DNA of 62,526 nucleotides, filler included, from Pirum gemmata (Eukaryota): NCBI GenBank assembly GCA_002812295.1. It is 18 parts of 18 records of this genome, joined end to end, with 100 filler letters (N's around TTAATTAATTAA, not from the genome) between each part and the next. Parts side by side here need not be neighbours in the genome. Positions count along the whole stretch, not along the records: positions 34,567 to 37,637 come from PDIN01003471.1; positions 37,738 to 40,865 come from PDIN01003472.1; positions 40,966 to 44,059 come from PDIN01003473.1; positions 44,160 to 47,229 come from PDIN01003474.1; positions 47,330 to 52,054 come from PDIN01003475.1; 13 more parts are not named here. One strand, 5' to 3'. Shown piece by piece: positions 37,481 to 50,262 of this stretch (position 1 is its first letter; each line of letters starts with the position of its first letter). The notes under the pieces were generated by a model. It saw only the letters and a program-made list of their open reading frames with translations, ran no database searches and was not told where the DNA came from. The position numbers and the translations under genes were made by a program.

Positions 37481-37920
37481 CATGTGCCTGTATTATCTAC
37501 CTGACCTATATTTACAACCCAACTTAAAACTAAACAATAAAAACCCTTCACACCAAATTTTTGCGGTCGACCTAATTAATAAATGAATAAATGAATAAAT
37601 GAATAAAATTTAATGAATAAATGAATAAATGAATAAANNNNNNNNNNNNNNNNNNNNNNNNNNNNNNNNNNNNNNNNNNNNTTAATTAATTAANNNNNNN
37701 NNNNNNNNNNNNNNNNNNNNNNNNNNNNNNNNNNNNNTATTTATTCTATTTATTCTATTTATTCTATTTATTAGTGACATTCATAATTCTTTGATAGAGT
37801 CATTGCTCGGAAGTGTTTTAGACAGTAATTAATTATGACCAAAAAGTGTTTTGGACAAAGACGCATAGGTAAGATTAGGTTGATACAAACGTTTGTGAAA
37901 CTTTTTTTTTTTTAACTAGG

Positions 37921-38153
37921 CCACCAAGCGGATAAAAATAACGACATCCGCCATATGAGCTCAAATCCAAAAAATCTCAAAATGAACCAATTTTAATTAA
38001 AGTACTACCAAACTTTGAGAAATCGTCTGACTAATAAAACTCTATTATAAACCAATTACTGGTTTTTAAAAATAATTTGGCTAGTCTTAAAAAAAAAGGT
38101 TTTTAGAAAAGAAGTAAAAAAAAAGATTTCTACAGTTTTATCCGGCTTGGTTG
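37921..38153. mobile_element. MITE family F (~230 bp); copies at 38876-39097 and 50779-51010 (inverted)
   Basis: TIRs ~CAACCAAGCCGGATAAAA; internal sequence shared between the copies. Confidence 0.8.
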
Positions 38154-38347
38154 TTAAAAAAAAAAAAAAAAAATAATTATCAAATCATACGATAGAAAAA
38201 AGACAGTCAGGCCTGTGTGCTGCAGTGTGTAGCAGATAACAGTACGATAACTGATACCGCTTCCGAACAGCTTTAATGTTGGAGTTAGTATTTCTATTTT
38301 AAGATGTTAAGTCTATATATGGAAAAACGTTCGTAAACTAACTTTTT

Positions 38348-38529
38348 AGGGAACATTCATAAAGGACGTCACTTATTCTTTGATAGAAGTCATTGCTCGA
38401 AAGTGTGACTTAAACTATTTTAGGCAGTAATTGATTATTAAAATAAACTTTAAAATTATGACCAAAAGTGTTTTGGACAAAGAGGCATAGGTAGGTAAGA
38501 TTAGGTGACGTCATTTATGAATGATTCCT
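38348..38529. mobile_element. PIF/Harbinger (Tourist)-like MITE family C; partial copies at 37773-37882, 40360-40503 and 57520-57673
   Basis: TIRs AGGGAACATTCATAAAGGACGTCAC vs AGGAATCATTCATAAATGACGTCAC (22/25); TTA/TTG flanks. Confidence 0.85.
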
Positions 38530-38619
38530 TGTCTGACGTAAGAGTGTGTTAGTGACGTGGATGATGATTATGCTTTTCAGTTGTTTTGTCATCATCACCA
38601 ATGCGTATGAGCTCAGATG

Positions 38620-38774
38620 TATCTAAAAACGTCCTACTTTTTTGACTAATAATTAAAAGACCCACTTTTTTTCGTTTGTTCGAATATTTCAAATCTATTA
38701 AATATCTAATTATATTACTTGTATTCGAAAACTGAAAATTCTAGTGAAACCCAAAAGTTGGACGTTTTTAAATA
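38620..38774. mobile_element. Small MITE-like element
   Basis: 22-bp inverted ends TAT(C/T)TAAAAACGTCC(T/A)ACTTTT; related internal sequence near 24235-24300 and 51590-51660. Confidence 0.65.
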
Positions 38775-39366
38775 GTTTGCACCATAACATAATATTATAC
38801 TATAAGCACAAGGAAACTCTTTTTTTATTATTTTTTTTTATTTATTTATTTTTTTTAAAAAAACTAACAAGAGTTCTACCAAGCCGGATAAAAATGGCGA
38901 CATCCGCCATATAAGCTCGAAATCTCAAAATAAACCAATTTTAAAAAAAGTACTACCAAAAGTTTAGAAATCATTTAACTAATAAAACTCTATTATGAAC
39001 CAATGGCCAGTTTTTAATAATAATTTGGCTAGCTATAATTAACAATTTTTAGAAAAGAAGTCTAAAAAAAATGATTTCTACAGTTTTATCCAGCTTGTAA
39101 AAAAAAAAAAAAAAAAGCTCTAGTTTTTTAATTGGCCAAACATGATTTAACATATTTAACAAGGTGACCATTGACCACTGTTTCAGCTTTATTTTCGAAC
39201 GCTTTTTCAAGAAAAAAGCCCCTGAAAAAAACTGAAAGAACCCAATAGACATGCATTATTACACGGATGTAGTTGAAAAGAACAGTCATTGGAAAATACG
39301 AAAACATTGCACGAAAACAAAACGAAACAAAATGCATAATATTATGATAAATTGATCAGAGACTAT

Positions 39367-39678
39367 TATTAGACTTCTCCGAATTCTGCCCCTAAAACTC
39401 GACTTTCTGCTTCTGCCTTTTCTGCCCCGAAAAGCTCGATTTCTGCCGAGCAGAATTTCGGGTCTATTTGGTCTGTTCGAAAATAATGTTTTCGAGTTTA
39501 TTAATAAATACATGGATTCGAAAATTTCGCGTTTATATTTTTATAGTGGTAGAATCAATCTCCTTTTTTTTTTTTTCAAAAAATTAATTTTTGATCGAGT
39601 TAGAGAGGAAAAACACTATTCTGTCATTTCTCGAAAAAGGCCAAATTCTGCCCGGGCAGAATTCGGAGAAGTCTAATA
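39367..39678. mobile_element. MITE with perfect 25-bp TIRs
   Basis: TATTAGACTTCTCCGAATTCTGCCC ... GGGCAGAATTCGGAGAAGTCTAATA, with subterminal TTCTGCC repeats. Confidence 0.88.
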
Positions 39679-39925
39679 TGCATATCATACTAGAAAAAAA
39701 AGGAGAATAATGAAAAAACGTTTCGACCCGACTCTTGTAGTCTCTCGACCTAGCTAGCTAGTAGCTACTAGCTATCGATAGGTCTCTCGACTTTCGAGTC
39801 TCGACCCGGCGTAGTTCTAGCGACGTAGTTTCACATCATACTGGTATGATAGCTATCTCATAGGCTGTTATTATTTCGTAAAAACTTTCTAACCTCTAGC
39901 GTTTCGTAAAAAGTAAAAAAAGCTT

Positions 39926-39991
<66 letters not shown>

Positions 39992-40803
39992 TAGGATAGT
40001 ATCATACGTATCACATACGTATCATAAGTAATTTAGTAAGGGAAGTTCTGTCGGATCTACTCTTATTGGTCCACTTGGTCGGGTTTATCTCCCAGTGAAA
40101 TTTTGTTGAAATTCGCTGAAATTCACCAATGATCAAGTCTAATTGATTTACAGAAGTTCAGGCATTTGCTAATTTAATTCTTGGACAAACAAAGTCTTTA
40201 TCTATCATACCATGAATATCATAATATTATCATACTGTAGAAAGTAGATTTTTTAAAAAGAAAAGAGACGAGAAGATGGAAAGAAAAAACTTTTTTTCTC
40301 AGTTTTTCGGAACTTTTTCTAAAGGGATGTACACAAAGAGAAACATATTATGATACATAAACCTAATCTTACCTATGCCTCTTTGTCCAAAACACTTTGG
40401 TCATAATTTTAAAGTTCATTTTAATAATTAATTACTGCCTAAGTCACACTTTCGAGCAATGACTTCTATCAAAGAATAAGTGTCGTCATTTATGAATGTT
40501 CCCTTGTATGACACAAATCCCGTATCCAGTGAAGTATTTTAATTAAAAATAGGTGGTTGAAAATTAATATGTTGCTAGGCATTTTTTGAATTATTGGAGT
40601 CTTCTGATCTACAGACTTCTGATTATTTTGTTCCTTTTCGTATTTATTAAATTTTGGTATGTTGAACAGCACAATTGCCCTTTTTTAAAAAAGCTTTGAA
40701 AGATGATAAGAACTACATAATAACTACATGAGGTTTAAATATGCCAAAATAATGAAAACGTACCCATTAAACAAAAATTAGGTTAATAATAATATGTATA
40801 GAA

Positions 40804-40840
<37 letters not shown>

Positions 40841-41020
40841 GTTTATTATTGTCATCTTTACTATTNNNNNNNNNNNNNNNNNNNNNNNNNNNNNNNNNNN
40901 NNNNNNNNNTTAATTAATTAANNNNNNNNNNNNNNNNNNNNNNNNNNNNNNNNNNNNNNNNNNNNAACCCTAACCCTAACCCTAACCCTAACCCTAATAC
41001 ACCAAACAAAAAAGACTTTT

Positions 41021-41449
41021 AGATTATTCAGGCGTTCGTTTTTTTTAAATACCAAAGAAGAATTTTTGTTCAATTTTGAAAAAGATGGCATAGTAATCCA
41101 ACCCTTCTTCTGGGGGGGATCAGTGGGGTTTTTAACGGGCTTAAAAACTGAAAAAGCCATTCACATAGCCTTAAAAGATATCAAATCTATCAGTCAAAAT
41201 GAGGAAAAACCAACTTCTTTTAAAATCAACTGCAAAGTTAGCCATGGTAGTAGTAGTGGTAGTAATAGTAATAGTAGTAATAGTAATAGTAATAGCAGTA
41301 AGTGTTTGGAGTTTGAAACCAAAAATATTAATACCACAATTCGCATTATAGAATTGATTAATTCAAAGTTAAATCATCATAATGAAGAACATTTTACTAA
41401 CAGGGCTTCGAGGCCAAAAAAGCGAAGGTCCTTACTAATTAGAAGGTAA
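41021..41449 (+). CDS. Terminal exon, possibly a PH-like (SIN1-PH-type) domain
   Basis: In-frame TTTTAG acceptor at 41020. The pattern IHIALKDIKSISQNEEKPTSFKI...LEFET...IIELINSKL resembles PH strands plus the C-terminal helix (by eye only). Confidence 0.5.
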   Translation, partial: RLFRRSFFLNTKEEFLFNFEKDGIVIQPFFWGGSVGFLTGLKTEKAIHIALKDIKSISQNEEKPTSFKINCKVSHGSSSGSNSNSSNSNSNSSKCLEFETKNINTTIRIIELINSKLNHHNEEHFTNRASRPKKRRSLLIRR

Positions 41450-41998
41450 TAATAATTGTAGTAGTAGTAGTGGTAATGGTATTAATAGTAATAATAGTAA
41501 TAGTAATAATAGTAGTAGTAGCAAGTGTTTGGAAGTTAATACCACCATTCGTATTTTAGAATTGATTAATTCAAAGTTAAATCACCATAATGATGAACAT
41601 TTTGGTAACCAGGCTTCGAGGCCAAGAAAACGAAGGTCCTTGCTAATTAGAAGATAATAATAATGGTAGTAGTAGTAATAGTGGTGGTAGTAATAGTGAT
41701 AATAGTAATAGTAATAGTAATAGTAATAGTAGTAAGTGTTTAGAAGTTTGAAACCAAAAATATTAATACCACAATTCGCATTATAGAATTGATTATTTCA
41801 AAGTTAAATCATTATAATGATGAACATTTTACTAACAGGGCTTCGAGGCCAAAAAAACGAAGGTCCTTACTAATTAGAAGATAATAATAATGGTAGTAGT
41901 AACAATAGTGGTGGTAGTAATAGTAATAATAGTAATAGTGATAGTAATAGTAATAGTAGTAAGTGTTTGGAGTTTGGTTAATAATAAATTCAAGTTTA
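41298..41998 (+). repeat. Tandem copies of that exon's last ~50 codons plus stop
   Basis: Copies at 41298-41449, 41521-41657 and 41731-41884, partial at 41958-41998, separated by (AGT/AAT)n. Confidence 0.9.
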
Positions 41999-42229
41999 GT
42001 TGGCTGTTTATTGTATAGGCAAAATTGAAGTTTTAATACAAGGGTACTGCTCGTGCTGCTCGTGCTGGTGCTGCTCGTGCTGGTGCTTCTCGTGCTTCTC
42101 GTGCTGGTGGTTATTGTAAAAACATTAACATATACCACATTTCGTGACTATCTAGTATTATAACTAGAATGTTTTGAAAAATATTTAAATCTGTTTGGTT
42201 GTTTATTGTATGTAGGTATATAAATATTA

Positions 42230-43812
42230 ATTACCTTTTTAGTATACTAATAACCTTATTTAGTAAAATTATTTAATAAATTTTCTTTTTATAGAATTTT
42301 AAAATAATTAACAACACTAAATTGCAGACAAAAGTTTTCAAAGTGAATTTTTTCCCGAAAACTATTGTATTTATGCGCAAAAAGTAGAATCATCAACAAA
42401 CATCATCCACTTTTATATCATATATATATATATATATATATATTATTGCTTTATTAAGTATAATAACTATCTTATATAGTAAAATTATTGAATAACTTTT
42501 CTTTTTATGGAAATTTTAAAATAATTATCAATACTAAATTGGCGACAAAAGTTTTCAAAGTGAAATTTTTCCCGAAAACTATTGTATTTCTGCGCAAAAA
42601 GTAGAATCAGCAACAAACACCATCCACTTTTATATCATAGCTATGTAAATATCATACCTTATTTAGTATAATAATTACCTTATTTATTTAACTTATTGAA
42701 TAAACTTTTCTTTTTATTTAAATGTAAGACAAAAGTATTCAACCTACAATTTTTCCTGAAAACTATTCCTATTTCTGCGCAAAAAGTAGCATCATCATAT
42801 CAACAAACACCATCCACTTTTATATCATAGCTATGTAAATATCATTACTTTATTTAGTATAATCATCACCTTATTTAGTAAAATTATTGATAATTTTTCT
42901 TTTATGGAAATTTTCAAATAATCAATAATAAATGTAAGACAAAAGTATTCAACTTAAGAGATGAAGGAAAACATAATCGAACCAAACAGCTCGATTTGAA
43001 ATGATATTCTTTTTTTTTTTTTTTCGAGTTTCAAGTTTTTTCTATGGAATTTCTAAGAATTTTTAAGAATTTTTAAGAATTTTTTAATGAAATTAAAAGT
43101 GAGTCAATACTTAAAAAATTAGATTGAAAAATTTGAAAATTCGAACTAGTCTCGATTTTGAGGGTTTTCCCCCATCTCCCCTGCTATTTTTCTTGAAAAC
43201 TATTGTATTTCTGCGAAAAAAGTAGCATCATCATCATCAACAAACACCATCCACTTTTATACCATAGCTATGTAAATATTATTACCTTATTTAATATAAC
43301 CATTACCTTATTTAGTAACATTATTGAATAACTTTTCTTTTTAGGGAAATTTTCGAATAATCAACAATAATAAATGGAAGACAAAAAGTATTCAACCTAC
43401 AATTTTTCCTATTGTATTTCTGCGCAATAGCATATTCACTTTTACATCATAACTATATCAACATAATTACCTTATTTGGTATACTAATTACCTTATTTAG
43501 TAAAATTATTGAATAAATTTTCTTTTTATAGAAATTTTAAAATAATCAACAAAATTTAATTTAAAACAAAAGTATTCAACCGGGAGATACAGGAAAACAT
43601 AATCGAATCGAACAGCTCGATCCTGATTATTAAATAGTGACAATTTTGAAATGATACTCTTTTTTTTTCGAGTTTCAATTTTGGAAAATTTCGAGCTAGT
43701 TTCAATTCGATGGTTTTTCCCGCATCTCCCCGCAAAATTTCCCGAACCTGTTGTATTTCTGCGCAAAAGTCGAATCATCAGCAAGAAACACCATCCACTT
43801 TTATATCATATA
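42230..43812. repeat. Complex ~190-240-bp satellite array
   Basis: Recurrent AAAACTATTGTATTTCTGCGCAAAAAGTAG...CACCATCCACTTTTATATCAT. The interspersed block ~42950-43190 also occurs inverted at ~53860-54110. Confidence 0.85.
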
Positions 43813-43890
43813 AGCTTCGTGTTATTATTATTATTATTATTACTATTATTAATTTTACAATTATTATTGTCGTTAATAATGTTATTAATA

Positions 43891-43937
<47 letters not shown>

Positions 43938-44539
43938 TTCTTGTTTTAGCATTGATAGCTGTAGAGTACATAAAAATAAATAAAAACATTTATTTGTTAA
44001 TATAACTATTATAAAGGCTCAACAGGGTTTAATTATTATTATTATTATTATTATTATAANNNNNNNNNNNNNNNNNNNNNNNNNNNNNNNNNNNNNNNNN
44101 NNNTTAATTAATTAANNNNNNNNNNNNNNNNNNNNNNNNNNNNNNNNNNNNNNNNNNNNATAATAATAATAATAATAATAATAATAACAGAAATATGATA
44201 ATGACAATGATAATGCTGACAATAGTATATATATTAATAATATATAATTTATTAATAAAATTATGGGTTCCTAGTTAGCACTAGAAGTAAAAAGCAAGAT
44301 GTACTGAGAGTTGATATTGTTTCATGATGATTATTCAGTATGGATTCTACCCTACCGCCAACTGGTACTCCATGGCCAACGCCAATTCCAACGCCAACCC
44401 CAACTCCATGGGCCAACTCCCATTCCAACTTTGAATATATTGAGGTTTCAAGAGCAGAAAGTGATTTGTTTGATTTTTTTGGAAAAAAAAATAACAAAAA
44501 CTAAATACTAGTATCTTGAAATTCTGTTTTAACCAGTTG

Positions 44540-44990
44540 TACTTACTAATGAAGACCTTAACCAATAGCCAAATACTGAAGCGCTGTATTTTCTTTCATA
44601 TTCACGTGCACTAGACAAGGGTTTGCCTGATTTGCAATAATTTCAAAGTTTTTTGTTTTTTGTTTTTTATTAATACCATACTCGCTATTAAAAAATTTTC
44701 TCTATTACTAATAACACTCATACTGTTTGTTATCTTGTAAATCCAAATACGTAACGGCTGTATTTACTTTCATAGCATCTGCTAAACAAATGGCCCCTTC
44801 CTCTCTAATATTACACATCGAAAGCTTTTCATTTGAATTATTTTCTTACAATACTTCGAATTCGACTATTTTCTCGGCCACCAAATCATTTATTGAATAA
44901 GCGAAGTTAGTGTTGGTATTTTGTTTTAATAGCTAAATAAGTAACACCTTTACTCCAAATAAACCCATTGGAAGTCTCCCCGGGTCACTG
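44540..44990 (-). pseudogene. RNI-like (NLRC3-type) LRR pseudogene fragment
   Basis: KLSMCNIREEGAICLADAMKVNTAVTYLDLQDNK (~44725-44827) and MKENTALQYLAIG*, with stops and frameshifts around them. Confidence 0.7.
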
Positions 44991-45469
44991 GCCTTTCTTT
45001 AAACGCACACATTTCCCTTTCCTATTGTTACTATGAAGGTGATTAAAATATAAGACACTGTTTAGTACATGACTTTTAAAATCTGGGGTTCAAATATTAT
45101 TATTATCACAAATTTTTAAAGGTTTATAAAAATTAATATTTTGATATTTTTAAATTTATTTTTTGCTAACATGGTTCTGAGCAGCAGCAACATAATAATA
45201 TTAATGTCATTTTATCGTCTATTTCATTACAATTGTCTTCTCAATCTTTAATTTGGTGGTACTATTTAAGTGTATAATTGAACTTGTTTATATTAATAAA
45301 ATATAACATTAATTAATAAGTATAAAATACCAAAATAATTAAAACATGCACATGAATATGTCTGATAGTTTAACCATAATAATAATTTGGTGCGTTTATT
45401 TTAGTTTTTAGACTGGACCTGGTCACTGGAGTCTGGACAAAGCAACACTATTGAAAAACACGATATTTA

Positions 45470-45785
45470 TTAAATATATTGGTTACTACTCATTGGTACC
45501 CAAGAAATCCCATTCCAATTTTTAAGTAATCATTCAATACTTTTCCATCAGGTAAACCACCTGTAGGTCCTGTTTTACCTTGAATTCCTGTTTTACCTTG
45601 AATTCCTTGTAATCCAGTAGGTCCTGAATCATATAAGCGTTTGGTGTTGGTGATTTATTATGTAATTCCGAAGTTAGTCGTCCGGTATGAATACAATTTA
45701 TTCCAGGAATAAAAGTTGTTTTTAGTTTATATTTAAAGTAATAATACGTCACTTTTAATTAAAATACCTTTTTCTAGGTTGCCAT
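45470..45785 (-). pseudogene. Decayed collagen-like (Gly-X-Y) protein fragment, virus/phage fibre-like
   Basis: GPTGLQGIQGKTGIQGKTGPTG at 45559-45624, then GLPDGKVLNDYLK and, after a frameshift, WNGISWVP. Confidence 0.6.
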
Positions 45786-45803
45786 TTTAATAAGTATGGT
45801 ATT

Positions 45804-46342
45804 CAAGTATCCTTGTTTGTTAGTTAATCGAAGCTATTTTTTTTTTTTGTTGTTGTGATATGATAGATCTATAATATTAAAAACTGTTTTTTTGCATACT
45901 GCAACCGCCTATGATACTATAAGGTTTTAATAGGTGGTTGTTGCAATATGCAAAAAAAAACTTGTGATAAGATAATATTATGCATATCGATAGTTTTTTT
46001 GCATATTTAAGTTGCAACCACCTATAACACCTATACATTGTTTTTTTTTTTGTGAGTCTAAGTAACTGAGTTTTTTTATGATATCATACTGATATCATAC
46101 TGTTTTTTTGCATATTGCAACCACCTACATACACGTTGGTTATACTTTTTTTTTATTGTTTTTTTGCATATTGCAACCACCTCGGCCTACAATTATTTTT
46201 TGTGTAATGTAGGTGGTTGCAATAATAAAGTAAATTAATAACGTTAACATTATGCAAAAAAACAGTAAAAAAACAGTAAAAAAACTAAATCACAAAAATA
46301 AAATAAAATAAAATAGCTTCGATCACAAAGCAAGGATACCTG
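45804..46342. mobile_element. Non-autonomous TIR element with subterminal repeats
   Basis: Ends CA(A/G)GTATCCTTG...ATCGAAGCTATTTT are inverted; many TTGCATATTGCAACCACCT motifs occur in both orientations. Confidence 0.75.
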
Positions 46343-47625
46343 CAAGGGAGCGTTCAAATACTACGTAACGCCAGTCAAATATAGCTTCAAATACCCCTAC
46401 CTACCTACCCCTCGACGTTAATTTCAGGTCAAACACCACCTACCTACCTACCCCTTGACGTGACGTATTATTTGAACGCTCACTATATAATAATATTATG
46501 AAAAGGTTTCCCTCAAGGTTCCAAACACCTTCCAAACGAGGACTACTACTGCTAGGTAGACTATATTGTGATAGCTTAGATATGCGGCTAGTAATGATAT
46601 GTGGCATATCTGAGTCATATCTGATTCTATACATCATTATTACGTCATTTGGTTTACCTCGAAAGAAAACCAAAACAGTGACGTCATTTATGAAACCAAT
46701 TATATTACGTCACTAGTTCGTCATCTACGTGTAGAAAGACGTCATTTAATTTTTTAAAAAAAGGAAGCTCATAGCCTCAGAGGCTCAGAGTCTCAGACCC
46801 CCCCCAATTTAGACCCCCGTCTAGCTAGTCTCCCCCCCACATAATAATAAAAAACAACTGATAAGCCCCCCCCCAGTATAATATTATGTAGTCTATGTAA
46901 ACGAGTATAAATCTCGGTAAAAACTGCAAGCTTCACTAAACACTTTCTCACTAAAAACGTATACTAACGTATCATAAAAAAAAAACCGTTGAGCTAGTGT
47001 CGAAGGTCGGAACCCTTCGATCCGAACATTCAACTTGAAAGCTAGTAGCTATCTAGGTCGGAACCCTTCGATCCGAACATTCAACTTGAAAGCTCTAGCT
47101 ATCTAGCTAGTAGTAGTAGAAGAGAAACCGATTGAGTCTAAGCAGTAGGGGTGAGATGACGTCATTTTATTATTACCGAACAGCTGCCGGAACTTTTCCG
47201 TTTTTTATGGTTTTTATTACTATTAATGTNNNNNNNNNNNNNNNNNNNNNNNNNNNNNNNNNNNNNNNNNNNNTTAATTAATTAANNNNNNNNNNNNNNN
47301 NNNNNNNNNNNNNNNNNNNNNNNNNNNNNTATTATCATTATTATCATTATTATTATTGAAATTGATGATAGTAGAATTGATCAAGGATCTTTACAAATAT
47401 CGACTACTGGTAAGCTTGATGTTTATTCTTTTAAGGAAAAAGCGGTGAAAGATTATTGTATTAATTTTTATTATATTAATATTATTATATAATCGATATC
47501 CTTTATTATATAATATTTAGCAACCCTAGAGTAAGGTGTGTTATCATATATAAAACACACCTATAATATATATATTTTTATAATATATATTAATTATTAT
47601 TTGCGATTGTCCTTTTTATCTGCGT

Positions 47626-49279
47626 TTATCGTATTACTTGTGCATGACTTTTTATATCACCTCCACCAGCACGTGTTAATACAAAGTAACCATCTTCAAA
47701 TGTCATTTTCCCTCTTAATCGGTTTGGATAATTTCCAATGGCTGTATCATAGTATATAATTCTAGTACTAGCACCTGTATATTGATTCCTTCTAGTAGCT
47801 TTTAACTGGCCCCATCTTTCAATTGCTACTTTACGACCCCATGACAAAGGGTTAAAGTTCGCATATGGTTCAACACATTTGTAAATAAAGTATCCATCCT
47901 TGTCAGTGCTAAATTCAAATATTTTACCAACGTTATTTTTTCGCAATTCTTCCCAACGTCCATTGTGAAGCTTGATATTGAGACCATGATCATTGCAGGA
48001 AAAATACGTTTGGCAAGGATTATCGTAAAGTTGTGGTAAATAAGCACCAACCAATATATGATGAATACTTTTACCTAAACTTATTATTCCATTTTTAAAA
48101 CCTTTCCACATGCCCGAAACAAAAGCACCGGGTATGGAAAGAAAATGCTGGAACCCATCCATTATCTTAAAGAAATTCATGGGGTGAGAAAACCCAGTCT
48201 TTATACTCTGAACACCTTTGTCAAATTCATCTTTAGCAGCAAACATTCCATCAACAAACGGGGCCACCAGTAGAGCGGATCCTAAGGCGCAAATCCCAGC
48301 AGCTATTCCCCCAGTTGCCACTCCCAAGGCAAAACAGCCAACATCAACAAGACTTCCAAGTATAGCGTTAGTAATTGCTTTAGCACATTTAGTATTTTTA
48401 TTTTTTCCACAAACAGTCACAGCATCGTAGATTTGATAAGCGAGGACTGCAGCATCGGCAACGAACCCTAACCCATCCAATACTTTAAGAAATTTTGCTG
48501 ATTTTGCTGATTTTGCTGCTTGTGCTCCATCTTTGGCTGCTTCGGCAACATTACCTACTTGTTTCTTAATTATATTTTTAGCTTGGTGTGGAACATCCGG
48601 GTCCGCTTCTATCGCTTTAACAATTTTTTTTTTGTAACTATTCGTTTCTTTGCTGTTTACTTTTTCAGTAAATTCTTTGATATTACAAGCTCCCCCAACA
48701 GATCTTCGTCTTCTTAACCCTGCCGCAGGACAGCCTTTTAGCTCTGGAATTGCTGCTTTACCCTTGTAATAGTTCTTGTAATAATAATAATGTTTTAATT
48801 AATGTTAGTTAATAATAACGTTAATAATATTGTTGATAATGACAAAAATTGACAATGTTAATTAATTAATAAAGTAAATGTTAATAATGACAATAATGAC
48901 AGTGATAATGATAATAACAATGTCGTTTTTTTGAGAAATTTGATCCATGTTTTAAATTTTTTTGCTTGAAAAAAATTTAAATACATACCTGCACAAATTT
49001 CTCATGAACAGTTTCTAACATGTCACTAATCTTGTTTTGCGTTCCTTTTCGCTTCTCGAAAATTTCTTTGGAGCTTAAGGGGTTTTGGTTCAGTTTATTT
49101 TCTATTTCGTTTAATTCTTTTTCTAATTCTTTATACATATTTCTAATCTTTTCGGTTGGAGTAATTTTCATTTCTTTATTTTTTGAAAAATTTATATATA
49201 ATATTATAATAAACAATAGTATAAAAAATTAATAAAATAATATTTTAAAATAATTAATTCTTTGACATTGGTAATAATT

Positions 49280-49327
<48 letters not shown>

Positions 49328-49337
49328 GATAACAATG

Positions 49338-49372
<35 letters not shown>

Positions 49373-50262
49373 CATATTATAATAATAATGATAATAATAA
49401 TGATAATAAAATATCATTATTATTATTATTAATTATTTGAATATTTAATATTATAAATATTAGTATAATATTTTACCTTTCGTAAGTATATGATAATTAT
49501 ATTCGACATCAAATTGATCAATTATATTAAGCTTTTTTTGAATATGGATCCCTTTCATTTTGTCATTGTATCTTTCCCAGATTTTTAATCTTTCGTTTAA
49601 AAATTCGTAACTCTCCCACTTTTTGGCAAGCTCGAACGATTCAGTAATTTCTTGAACTATTTTTAAATCCACCTCATCCATCAAATCATTCAATTTAACT
49701 GAAATTCCCCAATTTGAATCACCAAAATCTATTAAAAAAGTTAAAGTTAGCTATAATATAAGATTGGGGTTATAATATATAATTAATGTTTTTGTTATTA
49801 TCGTTTTTATATTATTATTATTGATATTGTTGTTGATATATATATACATATATATAAATTACAAGTATTAGTATATTAATAGTGTTAGAGTCAGGGATAG
49901 GGTTAGTCTGTAATAGTAGAAATAATAGTACTTAAACTTATTCGAACACTAATAATAATGACTTAGAGATTAATTTTACACTAATACTAATATTAATACT
50001 AAGTCTTGTACTAATACTTATACTAACACTAACACTAATAGTAGTGAAAACTGATTTTTTTAAATAGCTATAATTATATATGTTGCTTACGCATTGGCAC
50101 CGCATTATCATATCTTGTACGAAGTGGGGATTCTTTACGTTCCATCCACCTAAGGAATGATTCAACTTTTTGCTTTCCGCCTTCAATTGGTTTTCCCATC
50201 CATCCAGCTTTATTAATAGTCCATTCTCTTAAATCTTTAGGATTAGGAACCTTTTCCCTCAT
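47626..50262 (-). CDS. Four-exon gene (50091-50262, 49477-49728, 48989-49173, 47626-48774), ~585 aa, candidate AB/pore-forming toxin; probably 5'-incomplete
   Basis: All three introns are GT..AG with matching phases (1,1,0), giving one ORF. It contains CPAAGLRRRRSVGGAC followed by long Gly/Ala-rich hydrophobic helices. Confidence 0.75.

Noticed and set aside
40966..40997. True chromosome end at a contig starting with (CCCTAA)n
   Set aside because: It is immediately followed by a splice acceptor and an internal/terminal exon, so it is more likely intronic, as for the TTAGGG tract next to the acceptor at 50263. The array at 34567 is undecidable.
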